A stretch of DNA of 64,000 nt, taken from assembly GCA_002328405.1 (NCBI GenBank), contig DCXM01000006.1, forward strand, positions 711,837-775,836, written 5' to 3'. Below, piece after piece: positions 10,045 through 18,673 of the stretch (the first letter of the stretch is position 1; the number at the start of each line of letters is the position of its first letter). Below the pieces are notes generated by a model that did not search any database, was not told the origin of the DNA, and saw nothing but the letters and a program-made list of their open reading frames with translations. Position numbers and translations under genes: made by a program. This stretch comes from Proteobacteria bacterium UBA2136 (lineage in GTDB: Bacteria > Pseudomonadota > Alphaproteobacteria > UBA2136).

Positions 10045-10075
10045 ACACATCACCTAATATTTTGATTTTGTATAA

Positions 10076-10104
10076 ATTATGGATATTAAACATTAAAAAG
10101 TCAA
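10076..10104 (-). promoter_or_regulatory. Sigma-70-like promoter for the 10044..7586 gene pair
   Basis: On the minus strand: TTGACT, 17 nt, CATAAT, about 30 nt upstream of the start codon. Confidence 0.45.
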
Positions 10105-10126
10105 TGTGTTGAGGTTTTTTAGGTAT

Positions 10127-10156
10127 AAAAAAGCACCGCGATTGCAGTGCCTTTTT
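10127..10156. terminator. Hairpin terminator downstream of rpsD
   Basis: A-run, then GCACCGC-GATT-GCAGTGC (one mismatch), then T-run. Confidence 0.5.
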
Positions 10157-10175
10157 GTCGCTAAAATGTAACAAA

Positions 10176-10796
10176 TTAACGAGAGTAGAACTCTACCACC
10201 AAGTTCGGGTTCATCTGAACTGGGTAAGGAACTTCGTCCATCACAGGAAGACGGTTGAATGTACCTTTGCAGTTAGATGGTTCGAAAGCAAGGTAAGCAG
10301 GCACTTCACGCTCAACTTTTTCAAGCGATTCGATCACCATTGGGATCTGGCGGCTCTTCTCGCGTACTTCAATCACATCACCAGGGCGGCAACGGTATGA
10401 AGGAATGTTCACCACTTTACCGTTCACAGTCACGTGTTTGTGGTTTACAAACTGACGTGCAGCAAAAACAGTTGGAACAAAGTTCAAGCGGTAAACAATC
10501 GCATCTAGGCGAGACTCAAGCAGAGCAATAAGGTTTTCAGAAGTATCACCCTTACGACGCACAGCTTCTTTAAAGATTGTGCGGAACTGACCTTCCTTCA
10601 CGTCACCGTAGTAACCTTTAAGCTTTTGCTTTTCACGTAGCTGGATACCGTAGTCAGTCAATTTCTTGCGACGGGCACCGTGCATACCAGGGCCAGTTGG
10701 GTTCGTGTTAGTTGGGCATTTGTCGCGACCCCATAGGTTTTCACCTAAGCGGCGGCAGATTTTATACTTCGGAGTTTGACGAACGTTAGACATCAA
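10176..10796 (-). CDS. rpsD: 30S ribosomal protein S4
   Basis: Typical S4 sequence ([17 protein letters not shown]4 RNA-binding domain [14 protein letters not shown]), about 205 aa. Confidence 0.95.
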   Translation of the reverse strand: MMSNVRQTPKYKICRRLGENLWGRDKCPTNTNPTGPGMHGARRKKLTDYGIQLREKQKLKGYYGDVKEGQFRTIFKEAVRRKGDTSENLIALLESRLDAIVYRLNFVPTVFAARQFVNHKHVTVNGKVVNIPSYRCRPGDVIEVREKSRQIPMVIESLEKVEREVPAYLAFEPSNCKGTFNRLPVMDEVPYPVQMNPNLVVEFYSR

Positions 10797-11093
10797 TTTA
10801 ATCCTTATTTACATTTGTTTTATGTTTAGGAAAGTATATCTAAAGAATTCTATTTCACTTTTCTTTACACGTCAGCTACAAACAAGTAGCTTTCCGTTTT
10901 GAAAAGCAAAATATAAATATTTATCTACACTTTCTGGCGGTGCATCATTTCAGTGCGTTGCCGGCTTATTGTTGTGGTAATTTCATGTACCGCCTTGGTC
11001 GAAAGGTTTTGTTTTTGCAAACATCGCCCCACCAAGTGGACCACAACTGCCTTGTTTTTAAGCATGATCAGCTGTTTTGTCAACTTAAAAACA

Positions 11094-11125
11094 TAAAAAA
11101 AGCCCCTGTTTTTAAAAACAAAGGC
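11094..11125 (-). terminator. Rho-independent terminator of 11135..11515
   Basis: Minus strand: GCCTTTGTTTTT/AAAAACAGGGGC hairpin followed by a T-run. Confidence 0.6.
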
Positions 11126-11134
11126 TTTATTTCG

Positions 11135-11515
11135 CTAATAACCCACGGCTGTGCATTCAATGCTTAAGTAATCGGTGATCACACGGGGGGAGCAAAGCAG
11201 GGGGTAGTTGGGGTCCTCTTCAAAGCTTTTGGCCAGCTTTAAAGCTGCATTTTTGGCTTTTTTAAAGCTGGTGGTGTAAGGGCCTTTGGCTTTAGGTTTG
11301 CCATTTTTGCGGTTGCTGTTGTGCGCCACAACTTTTAAATAGTTGCTACGCGCGATGCGCAGGTTAATCAGTACCTGTGCTTCATTTTGCAACTTATTGC
11401 TTTTTAACAAACGAATGTATGAGTTAAAGCGCTGAGCCAGAATGTTGTTTTTGGGTGGGACGTCACCAAACTTCAGTTCGATGGGGTGGACAGGTTCGAA
11501 ATAACGTTTATTCAT
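11135..11515 (-). CDS. Hypothetical small basic protein (126 aa)
   Basis: Shares a core pattern (N.I..FK/LKSN ... EA.V..NL.IA.SNY) with 11651..12019. Has its own terminator. Confidence 0.5.
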   Translation of the reverse strand: MNKRYFEPVHPIELKFGDVPPKNNILAQRFNSYIRLLKSNKLQNEAQVLINLRIARSNYLKVVAHNSNRKNGKPKAKGPYTTSFKKAKNAALKLAKSFEEDPNYPLLCSPRVITDYLSIECTAVGY

Positions 11516-11609
11516 AAAATAAACCTCATCAGGTTAAAAACGGTATGAACTGTACAACTGTCCCTTAATATGCTGAGGGTTGTTTATAAAATCAAGGTTA
11601 TTTTAAAGC

Positions 11610-11643
11610 AAAAAACAACCCTCTGTTTAAAAACAAAGGGTTG
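11610..11643 (-). terminator. Rho-independent terminator of 11651..12019
   Basis: Minus strand: CAACCCTTTGTTT/AAACAGAGGGTTG hairpin followed by a T-run. Same design as 11094..11125. Confidence 0.6.
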
Positions 11644-11650
11644 TGGTCGG

Positions 11651-12019
11651 TTATAATTTTCCAAGCTCTTGGTTTGTTAAAAACGCAAGGTCAGTGGAAA
11701 GGCCAAAAATGTTGGCACAGGGACAGGCGTTTAACATTTCAGTGAGTTTTTGCCCTTCTTTTATCGCTTTGTGGAGCGAATGTTTGTAAGGGCTTAAACT
11801 CCGCAAGTGTCTTTGCTTGAAGGCAAACTGCGCCGATTGATAATTGCTTTGGGCAATCAACAAGTTTTCAATAACCCTAGCTTCGTATGAAAGACCAGCG
11901 TTTTTGAAGTTTTTAATGCTGTTGCGCAAGCGCGTTTCAATGGCTTTGTTGTGCAAGGGTTGATAAAGCCAACGCAAGCGAATTTTGCGTGGCGTTTTAG
12001 GGGGCTTGTGTTCAGACAT
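11651..12019 (-). CDS. Hypothetical small basic protein, paralog-like of 11135..11515
   Basis: The start is moved to ATG 12019 (MSEHKPPKT) because the listed 5' extension runs into the upstream terminator hairpin at 12034-12060. Confidence 0.5.
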   Translation of the reverse strand: MSEHKPPKTPRKIRLRWLYQPLHNKAIETRLRNSIKNFKNAGLSYEARVIENLLIAQSNYQSAQFAFKQRHLRSLSPYKHSLHKAIKEGQKLTEMLNACPCANIFGLSTDLAFLTNQELGKL

Positions 12020-12033
12020 AAGACTTACCTGAT

Positions 12034-12060
12034 AAAAAAAGCGCCTCAAGGTTGAGGCGC
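12034..12060 (-). terminator. Rho-independent terminator of 12090..12659
   Basis: Minus strand: GCGCCTCAA-CC-TTGAGGCGC followed by T7. Confidence 0.7.
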
Positions 12061-12089
12061 ATCGTTAAAGGGAAGGGGTGATGTGTTTT

Positions 12090-12659
12090 TTAGGCGCAAT
12101 GAGCGTAGGGTCTGTTGCCCACCACGCCATGACTAAAAGAATCGTCACCGATGTAGGGGTCAGTGGGTGCACTGTCAATAAATTGACGTTGCACAGCACG
12201 TTTTTCCGCACGCTCTTTTTTAAAGCGCTTCACCGAACCGTTGTTTTTGCTGTGAACGGGGATGTTCTTGCCAACTTGCGGTTTTTCGGTGTGAATCCGT
12301 GGTGTCCAATGGTTGAGGTAATCCAACAAAATCTCTTCTAGGAGAACAAAATTCGCCAAATCGCTGTCGTCTGTCACATCGTCAGCAAGTTGCTCTACGC
12401 GGGCTTTCAAGTTTTCATAAACGGCTTTTAGGGCAGCAAAGTTACGGTTTTGGTCAACTTTAAGGTTGATTTTAACCATTTTTGTTGCACCAGATATGGC
12501 TTTGCGGAGTTTGCGGTCATTGGCAGCATACTTCAAAAAGTTTTCCAGGTCTTGTTTGTAAGAACTGTCTAACCAAGTGTTTATTTTTGCCATAGCGGTG
12601 GTAACTTCTTTACGAAGTTGGTGCTCTTGTGGCACCCAGCTTTTCATGAACGCGCTCAT
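12090..12659 (-). CDS. Hypothetical protein (189 aa)
   Basis: ATG at 12659 (MSAFMKSW) is preceded by AAGGAG at good spacing. No recognisable domain. Confidence 0.5.
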   Translation of the reverse strand: MSAFMKSWVPQEHQLRKEVTTAMAKINTWLDSSYKQDLENFLKYAANDRKLRKAISGATKMVKINLKVDQNRNFAALKAVYENLKARVEQLADDVTDDSDLANFVLLEEILLDYLNHWTPRIHTEKPQVGKNIPVHSKNNGSVKRFKKERAEKRAVQRQFIDSAPTDPYIGDDSFSHGVVGNRPYAHCA

Positions 12660-12904
12660 AGTAGGCTCCTTAAAACACGTCAAATGTAATGCATATATTC
12701 AGCATACATGCCATTTTCAGTGTTTAAAATGGGGTAAGTTAACAAAGGGTGAAATTTAAACAAAGGTGTTTAAGGTTAAAAAAGTTTCGGTCAATAAAAC
12801 AATACACGAAAGTATGCGTACGGTAGGGTGTTTTGTCAACCGTTTTAGGTTAAAAACATTTCTTTTCTTGCAATTTTGGGGTGTTTGGTTTCAATATGGT
12901 TTTT

Positions 12905-14905
12905 ATGAAATTTAAGTTAAACAGCGCATACCAACCCGCAGGGGACCAGCCACAAGCCATTGACAAACTGGTGGCAGGGGTTCAAGCCAATGCCCGTGAC
13001 CAAGTTTTGCTGGGGGTGACAGGCTCGGGTAAAACTTACACCATGGCTAAAATTATTGAGCAAACGGGCAAACCCGCCTTAATTTTGGCGCACAATAAAA
13101 TTTTGGCCGCACAGCTTTATGAAGAATTTAAAGAGTTCTTCCCCGACAATGCGGTGGAATATTTCGTGTCTTATTACGATTATTACCAGCCCGAAGCCTA
13201 TGTGCCCAGAAGTGACACTTACATTGAAAAAACCGCTTCAATCAATGAACAAATTGACCGGATGCGCCACAGCGCCACCCGTGCATTGTTTGAGCGGGAG
13301 GACGTGATTATTGTGGCTTCGGTTTCTTGTATTTATGGTATTGGTGACCCCGAAAGTTACAGCGAGATGATTATTCCCATTGAAGCGGGGGACACCATGG
13401 AGCGTGACGCCTTGATGAAACGCTTGGTGGAACTGCAATACAGCCGCCACGACCATGACTTTCAGCGCGGGGCTTTCCGCACCAAAGGCGACACGTTGGA
13501 CATTTACCCCTCCCACTTAGAAGACAGTGCGTGGCGTTTTATGTTCTTTGACGATGAAATTGAAGAAATATACGAATTTGACCCGTTAACAGGCAAAAGA
13601 ATACAGTCCCTTGAAAAGGTGACCATTTACGCCAACAGCCACTATGTGGTGCCCAAGCCCACCGTTTTAAAAGCCTTTAAAGCCATTAAGGCGGAATTGG
13701 TGGACCACCTGCCCAAACTTGAAGCGCAAAATAAATTGCTGGAAGCCCAGCGCTTGAAGGAGCGGACCACCTACGACTTGGAGATGATTCAAGCCACAGG
13801 TTTTTGCAACGGTATTGAGAATTACTCAAGGCATTTAACAGGGCGACCACCCGGTGCGCCACCGCCTACCTTGTTTGACTATTTACCAAAGGATGCATTG
13901 CTGTTTGTCGATGAATCCCACGTTACCGTGCCACAAATTGGCGGGATGAGCAAAGGTGACGCGGCGAGAAAGCAAACCTTGGTGGAATTTGGCTTCCGCC
14001 TGCCTTCCGCGCGGGACAATCGCCCCCTTAATTTTGAAGAATGGGACCAAAGGCGCCCGCAGACCGTTTATGTCAGCGCCACCCCGCAAGACTATGAGCT
14101 GAAACTTTCAGGCGATCATGTGGCGGAGATGATTGTCCGCCCCACAGGGCTGGTGGACCCTGAAATGGAAATGCGACCCGTGGAAGGCCAAATTGATGAC
14201 CTGATGGCGGAAGTCCACAAAGTCAACAAAGACGGTTACCGCACTTTGGTCACCACGTTAACCAAGCGCATGGCCGAACAGTTGACCGACTATTTGCACG
14301 AAAATGGTATTAAAGTGCGTTACATGCACAGCGACATTGACGCCATTGAGCGGATGGAAATTATCCGTGACTTGCGCCTTGGCGCTTTTGACGTGTTGGT
14401 GGGCATCAACCTCTTACGTGAAGGGTTGGACATTCCCGAAGTGGGTCTGGTGGCTATTTTGGATGCCGATAAGGAAGGATTCCTCCGCAGCACCACCTCC
14501 TTAATTCAAACTGTGGGCCGTGCAGCAAGGAACGTTGACGGTCGGGTTATTTTTTATGCCGACACCATGACCAAGTCCTTACAGGCGACCTTTGATGAAT
14601 GTGGCCGCCGCCGTCAAATTCAGTTGGCCTATAACAAAGAACATAACATCACGCCAAGGTCGGCCAGCCGTGGCATTAAAAAAGTGGTGGAAAAGGCCAG
14701 CGATGAAGCCGAACAGCAAACCCGCATGATCAACCTTGCCAAAGGCGAGCTCAACAAAAAAGGCAAGGTGGACATTGCCAAGGACATTGCCGCCTTGAAG
14801 CGGGAAATGCTGACCGCCGCCGAAAACCTAGAATTTGAGCTGGCAGCTGAAATTCGCGACCGAGTCCGTGAGTTAGAAGAGGCGCACATGAAATTCGGTG
14901 GCTGA
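12905..14905 (+). CDS. uvrB: Excinuclease ABC subunit B
   Basis: MKFKLNSAYQPAGDQPQAI N-terminus, Walker A GVTGSGKTYT, DESH box FVDESHVT, C-terminal UVR motif LEFELAAEIRDRVRELE. The start is set at ATG 12905 by analogy with the E. coli N-terminus. Confidence 0.95.
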   Translation: MKFKLNSAYQPAGDQPQAIDKLVAGVQANARDQVLLGVTGSGKTYTMAKIIEQTGKPALILAHNKILAAQLYEEFKEFFPDNAVEYFVSYYDYYQPEAYVPRSDTYIEKTASINEQIDRMRHSATRALFEREDVIIVASVSCIYGIGDPESYSEMIIPIEAGDTMERDALMKRLVELQYSRHDHDFQRGAFRTKGDTLDIYPSHLEDSAWRFMFFDDEIEEIYEFDPLTGKRIQSLEKVTIYANSHYVVPKPTVLKAFKAIKAELVDHLPKLEAQNKLLEAQRLKERTTYDLEMIQATGFCNGIENYSRHLTGRPPGAPPPTLFDYLPKDALLFVDESHVTVPQIGGMSKGDAARKQTLVEFGFRLPSARDNRPLNFEEWDQRRPQTVYVSATPQDYELKLSGDHVAEMIVRPTGLVDPEMEMRPVEGQIDDLMAEVHKVNKDGYRTLVTTLTKRMAEQLTDYLHENGIKVRYMHSDIDAIERMEIIRDLRLGAFDVLVGINLLREGLDIPEVGLVAILDADKEGFLRSTTSLIQTVGRAARNVDGRVIFYADTMTKSLQATFDECGRRRQIQLAYNKEHNITPRSASRGIKKVVEKASDEAEQQTRMINLAKGELNKKGKVDIAKDIAALKREMLTAAENLEFELAAEIRDRVRELEEAHMKFGG

Positions 14906-14931
14906 GGCACACAGCCACCAAATGCCCTTAT

Positions 14932-15021
14932 GCCGAAAACCTAGAATTTGAACTGGCGGCTGAAATTCGCGACCGAGTCCGGGAGCTGGAAGAGGCGCAC
15001 ATGAAGCTTGGCGGTGTTTGA
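14932..15021 (+). pseudogene. Orphan copy of the last 29 codons of uvrB (+2 frame relative to uvrB, no start codon)
   Basis: Aligns codon for codon with 14819..14905. There are 7 synonymous codon differences, one F->L change and one extra codon before its own TGA. Confidence 0.8.
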
Positions 15022-15091
15022 TTACAGCTTTATTGTGCTTTGGTGTTAATTTTGCAATTAAAATGGTTTGTCGCTTTTTTGGTGTGTATGG

Positions 15092-15120
15092 TTGATAAAT
15101 TACGCTAATGTAACTATAAT
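15092..15120 (+). promoter_or_regulatory. Near-consensus sigma-70 promoter
   Basis: TTGATA (15092-15097), 17 nt, TATAAT (15115-15120), upstream of 15155..16283. Confidence 0.55.
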
Positions 15121-15154
15121 TTAACCAGTGTTTTATGAAGCTTAAAGGTGTGTC

Positions 15155-15985
15155 GTGAGGTTTAAAGGATCAATATGGATGGCTATGGGTGCAGTGTTGC
15201 TGATGTTAAGTCTGCCAGCCGTTGCACAAATCCGCGATCTATCCAGCAATATGGTTTTTCAAATTTCGGGCGATGAAGCGATGCGCTTGCAAGACGATTA
15301 TGTCGTGGATGTTTCTGGCGCAGTTAAACTGCAAGACTCTTCGCTTACTTGCAATGCTGGCAACGAAGGTGCTTTTCGCTACAATGGCAGCGCCCTGCAA
15401 GTGTGCAATGGCACATTATGGCGGAGCATTCAATTTACCCCAGACTATCAACATTACTTTGTTCTCACTAAAAACACTTGGAATGGTGATTTAGGCGGCC
15501 TCAGCGGTGCAGATGCCAAATGCTTGACCGAGCTAACCAACGAAGACTGGATGGGCAAAAGTACAGCCAATTTATCGGTCAGTACAGTAAAAGCCTTTAT
15601 TGGGACTAATATTTCTAAATTTAAGGTGGAAACGTCGTATAATTTTGCTGTGGCGAGTAGTCCAACAATAGGTGGCGGAAGTTTTTATACATCGGTGTCA
15701 CGTTTGGGGCCTAACAATTTAGATACTTGGGATGATGCAACTCATTTTGGTGATACATACTTGTATTGGACAGGTTTAAAGGGGAGCTCTACTCAGTGGA
15801 GCCATAACCCAGGGGATCCTGCAACAGATTGTAGCGGGTGGACCGATGCTACCTTCGGATCACAGGGTGAAGATGGAACAAGTACTGTAAGTTCTGGTAA
15901 TGAAGTGGAACGCTATTATATCAGTGGAAGTAATACCCTCTGCTTAGCTGATAGGCACCTTATTTGTATAGTAAACGCAGAATAG
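15155..15985 (+). CDS. Secreted protein with one Cys-bracketed module and a C-terminal endostatin-like domain
   Basis: Signal peptide MAMGAVLLMLSLPAVAQ (likely real start ATG 15179 after AAAGGA). Module CNAGNEGAFRYNGSALQVCNGTLW. Then YFVLTKNTWNGDLGGLSGADAKCLTELT ... WTGLKG ... DCSGWTD ... HLICIVNAE. Confidence 0.65.
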   Translation: MRFKGSIWMAMGAVLLMLSLPAVAQIRDLSSNMVFQISGDEAMRLQDDYVVDVSGAVKLQDSSLTCNAGNEGAFRYNGSALQVCNGTLWRSIQFTPDYQHYFVLTKNTWNGDLGGLSGADAKCLTELTNEDWMGKSTANLSVSTVKAFIGTNISKFKVETSYNFAVASSPTIGGGSFYTSVSRLGPNNLDTWDDATHFGDTYLYWTGLKGSSTQWSHNPGDPATDCSGWTDATFGSQGEDGTSTVSSGNEVERYYISGSNTLCLADRHLICIVNAE

Positions 15986-15989
15986 GAAT

Positions 15990-16283
15990 GTGATGAAAAT
16001 GAAGTTGATGTCTATGTCTATGGGGATTTTGTTGTTGCTGGCACCAGCCTTAGCGCAAGCACAGATGAACAGCCAAGGGGCTGACATGGTTTTTGAAGTC
16101 AACAACAATGAGGTGATGCGCTTGACCCAAACGGGGCTGATGGACGTTTCTGGCACGTTAAAGCTTAAGTCATCCACCGCCACATGCAGCGGCACGGTGG
16201 AAGGTGTTTTGCGGTACAACAGCACCACTAAAGTGGCTGAACTTTGCGACGGAACGGACTGGAAAGCGCTGAATTTCCAATAA
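15990..16283 (+). CDS. Small secreted protein consisting only of the N-terminal region and one Cys-bracketed module
   Basis: Signal peptide ...LLLLAPALAQA, then MVFEVNNNEVMRLTQTGLMDVSGTLKL and CSGTVEGVLRYNSTTKVAELCDGTDW. Starts 5 nt after the preceding stop. Confidence 0.6.
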   Translation: MMKMKLMSMSMGILLLLAPALAQAQMNSQGADMVFEVNNNEVMRLTQTGLMDVSGTLKLKSSTATCSGTVEGVLRYNSTTKVAELCDGTDWKALNFQ

Positions 16284-16302
16284 AATGTCTGCACGAAAAT
16301 TC

Positions 16303-16327
16303 AAAAGGGGCTTGAAGCCCCTTTTTT
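16303..16327. terminator. Bidirectional rho-independent terminator
   Basis: AAAA-AGGGGC-TTGAA-GCCCCT-TTTTT between convergent genes. Confidence 0.8.
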
Positions 16328-16348
16328 GGTGAGATGGCTTTTAAAAAG

Positions 16349-17410
16349 CTAGTGATTTTTAATATCTTCCGAAAAATCTTGGACATTGGCGGAAATGTTG
16401 TTGATGTTGATGTTAATGTCCTGAAATGCGTCTTGTTGTTGGGAGAGCGCCATGCTAATTTGCTCGAAACTGTCGGCTAAATTAGATGTGTTTTCATTGC
16501 TGGAAAGCACTTTGCTGACCGCACTGGCGGTGGACTCTAAAATTTCGTTGATTTTTTGGCTGATGCTGCTGGCCGCATTTTCCGTGTTGTGGGACAATTT
16601 TTTAACTTCGTCGGCCACTACGGCAAAGCCTCTACCCGCTTCGCCAGCGCGCGCCGCCTCAATCGAAGCGTTTAAGGCCAGCAAGTTTGTTTGTTTGGCC
16701 AAGCCGCCAATAATGTTAATAAATTCGTGAATTTGCTCCACATGGCTGTTTAAATTTTCAATGGTTTCTGCAGCTTCTTGTGTTTTGCTGCTGGTTTGGT
16801 TAATCAGCGTGTTGTTGTTTTGGGTGAGGTTGCTGATGGCATGCAAGGAGCTGTTAAACTGTTCGGCTGCGCTGGCCACACTGTCAATGGACATGGCAAT
16901 TTTGTTGGAAAAGCTTTCAATCACGTTGTGTTTAAATTCTTCTTCTAAGTGTTTAAGGTGTTGTTCATAACAGCTGATGGACTGTGCCATGTCCACAGTG
17001 ATGACGGTGTCCAACGTTTGAATGTGCTGAATAATTTTTTGACTGTCCGTGTTAAAGCGCTTTGTGCATTTTTCCACAATAACTTGGGTCAGTTCGTTTT
17101 TAATCAGGTTGTAACTTTCAATATAAGGCTCTGGCGGTAGGCCAATTTTAACATGGGCCATGCCAATGCGCTTGGTGCGGGCAAAAAAGTCTTCGGTAAA
17201 GCCTTCTTTAAAAGTTTGTGCCCAGTGGTTCTTTTGGGCTTTTTTTAAACGGTCCTCTTGCCCTTTTACCAAGTGGCCGTATGTTTTGCTCCTGTTTAAA
17301 ACAACATAAAATTTATCCAACGTTTGTTGAATGTCACTTTCTATCAGTTGCCAAAGTTCCTGACGTTTTTGGTTGAAGGTTTGGTCCAGTTGAATAAAGT
17401 TTAATTGCAT
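16349..17410 (-). CDS. Soluble globin-coupled methyl-accepting chemotaxis protein (HemAT-like)
   Basis: N-terminal globin-sensor-like region ([20 protein letters not shown]). C-terminal MCP signalling domain [30 protein letters not shown]. No TM segment. Confidence 0.8.
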   Translation of the reverse strand: MQLNFIQLDQTFNQKRQELWQLIESDIQQTLDKFYVVLNRSKTYGHLVKGQEDRLKKAQKNHWAQTFKEGFTEDFFARTKRIGMAHVKIGLPPEPYIESYNLIKNELTQVIVEKCTKRFNTDSQKIIQHIQTLDTVITVDMAQSISCYEQHLKHLEEEFKHNVIESFSNKIAMSIDSVASAAEQFNSSLHAISNLTQNNNTLINQTSSKTQEAAETIENLNSHVEQIHEFINIIGGLAKQTNLLALNASIEAARAGEAGRGFAVVADEVKKLSHNTENAASSISQKINEILESTASAVSKVLSSNENTSNLADSFEQISMALSQQQDAFQDINININNISANVQDFSEDIKNH

Positions 17411-17474
17411 CACACACCATTTTTAAAGTTTTTGTATTTTTTACATTGTATGAAGATGATAAAAAACTTCAAAC

Positions 17475-17502
17475 AAAAAAGGAAGCCGAAGCTTCCTTTT
17501 TT
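17475..17502. terminator. Rho-independent terminator (works on both strands)
   Basis: A6-GGAAGC-CGAA-GCTTCC-T6. On the minus strand the loop is UUCG. Separates 17510..17986 from the HemAT-like gene. Confidence 0.8.
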
Positions 17503-17509
17503 ATGCGCT

Positions 17510-17986
17510 TTAATTTTGCCACATTCGCTTTGAATTACCATCTTTGTCGATGCGGTAATGGGGGTTGATGCTGTCATAAACCTTTTCAAAGCGCTGGTAT
17601 ATCTTTTCCAGCGCTTGAATGTCGTTGGGGACAATTTTGCGCAACCAGCGTAAATAGTCGCCTTGTTCAAACAGATGTTTATAACTTTGTATGACCAATT
17701 CATCCTTTTGAGTTTTGCGTATGACCCGTAGAAGTTCTTGGTCGGCAACAATGTGTTTTGGCAAGTTGAATATGTCCCTCTTTGTAATAGGTAAGTTAAT
17801 ACCGTACATCGTCCCTTTTAAATAAACCGCCACAAGCGGTAAAATATTTTGTGGAGTGATTTGTTTTGGTTGCAGGGCTTTGCCATTGACCCTGATGTTA
17901 AACGAAGGGCCAGACAGTGTTCCTGCGTTGGTATCAAAAGCAATGCTGTTGCAAGGTGCGGTTTGTTCAGTTTTTGGCAGGTTCAT
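17510..17986 (-). CDS. Hypothetical protein (158 aa)
   Basis: ORF 36 nt downstream of 18023..18457 and followed by a terminator. No recognisable motif. Confidence 0.5.
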   Translation of the reverse strand: MNLPKTEQTAPCNSIAFDTNAGTLSGPSFNIRVNGKALQPKQITPQNILPLVAVYLKGTMYGINLPITKRDIFNLPKHIVADQELLRVIRKTQKDELVIQSYKHLFEQGDYLRWLRKIVPNDIQALEKIYQRFEKVYDSINPHYRIDKDGNSKRMWQN

Positions 17987-18022
17987 AAAGTTTCTCCTAA
18001 AAGGGAATAAAAAAGGGGGGTG

Positions 18023-18457
18023 TTACATCGGCTCATCATGCCAAGCAGGCACGGGGCCTGTGTTTTCAAAATGGGTCAGCAAAAATGCCCGATAAAGCTT
18101 GCAGGCAAGGGTTGTGAATGTTTGCCATGCCTCAAAGTCGCTTATGCTATAACAGTCTGCCGCTTGTGAAATAAAGTCATAAAATTCGCCATTTTCAGCA
18201 TGTTTAATGGCCTTTTCTTTTTTGGGGCCATTGGGGAGTGTGGGGTAAAGGGGGGTAATGACCATTTCCTGCCATTGTTGGCTTAGGTTAGGGTCGTTCA
18301 GTTTATCAATTGCGCGGAACATAAGGTTAAACCAGCATGCAACTTTGTCATAGTCACTGATGTGACAAAAGTAGCCTGCGTTTACGGGTCTGCCGTCGCC
18401 GTCTTCAATGGTGTAAAGTTTACTGTTACTGCGTGGGGCGGAAATGATGAATGACAT
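18023..18457 (-). CDS. Hypothetical protein (144 aa)
   Basis: ATG at 18457 is preceded by AGGAGA. No recognisable motif. Confidence 0.5.
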   Translation of the reverse strand: MSFIISAPRSNSKLYTIEDGDGRPVNAGYFCHISDYDKVACWFNLMFRAIDKLNDPNLSQQWQEMVITPLYPTLPNGPKKEKAIKHAENGEFYDFISQAADCYSISDFEAWQTFTTLACKLYRAFLLTHFENTGPVPAWHDEPM

Positions 18458-18664
18458 CAGCCGTCTCCTATCAATCAGAGGAAAAGAAAAGGTGGGTATT
18501 TTTCTAAATGGTAAAATAATGCCTGTTCTTGTGCATTACAAGGTGTAAAACGCCCTGTTGCTAGAAATTTTTTGCCCAGCAGGGCGGTAACCTACTCAAA
18601 AGTGGTGTGTTTTTTTGTATGATGAAGACCATTTTTGCCGCATAGTTGGAACGACGAGTCTGAA

Positions 18665-18673
18665 TTATCCACA
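18665..18673 (+). promoter_or_regulatory. Perfect consensus DnaA box TTATCCACA
   Basis: Exact 9-mer match in the 486-bp intergenic region between 18457(-) and uvrC(+). Confidence 0.5.

Noticed and set aside
10940-11167. 75-aa + strand ORF between rpsD and the small-gene cluster
   Set aside because: It runs through the minus-strand terminator at 11094-11125 and overlaps the 3' end of 11135..11515. It has no RBS.
12684-12904. SOS (LexA) boxes upstream of uvrB and uvrC
   Set aside because: Neither the alphaproteobacterial GTTC-N7-GTTC type nor the CTGT-N8-ACAG type was seen in the upstream regions.
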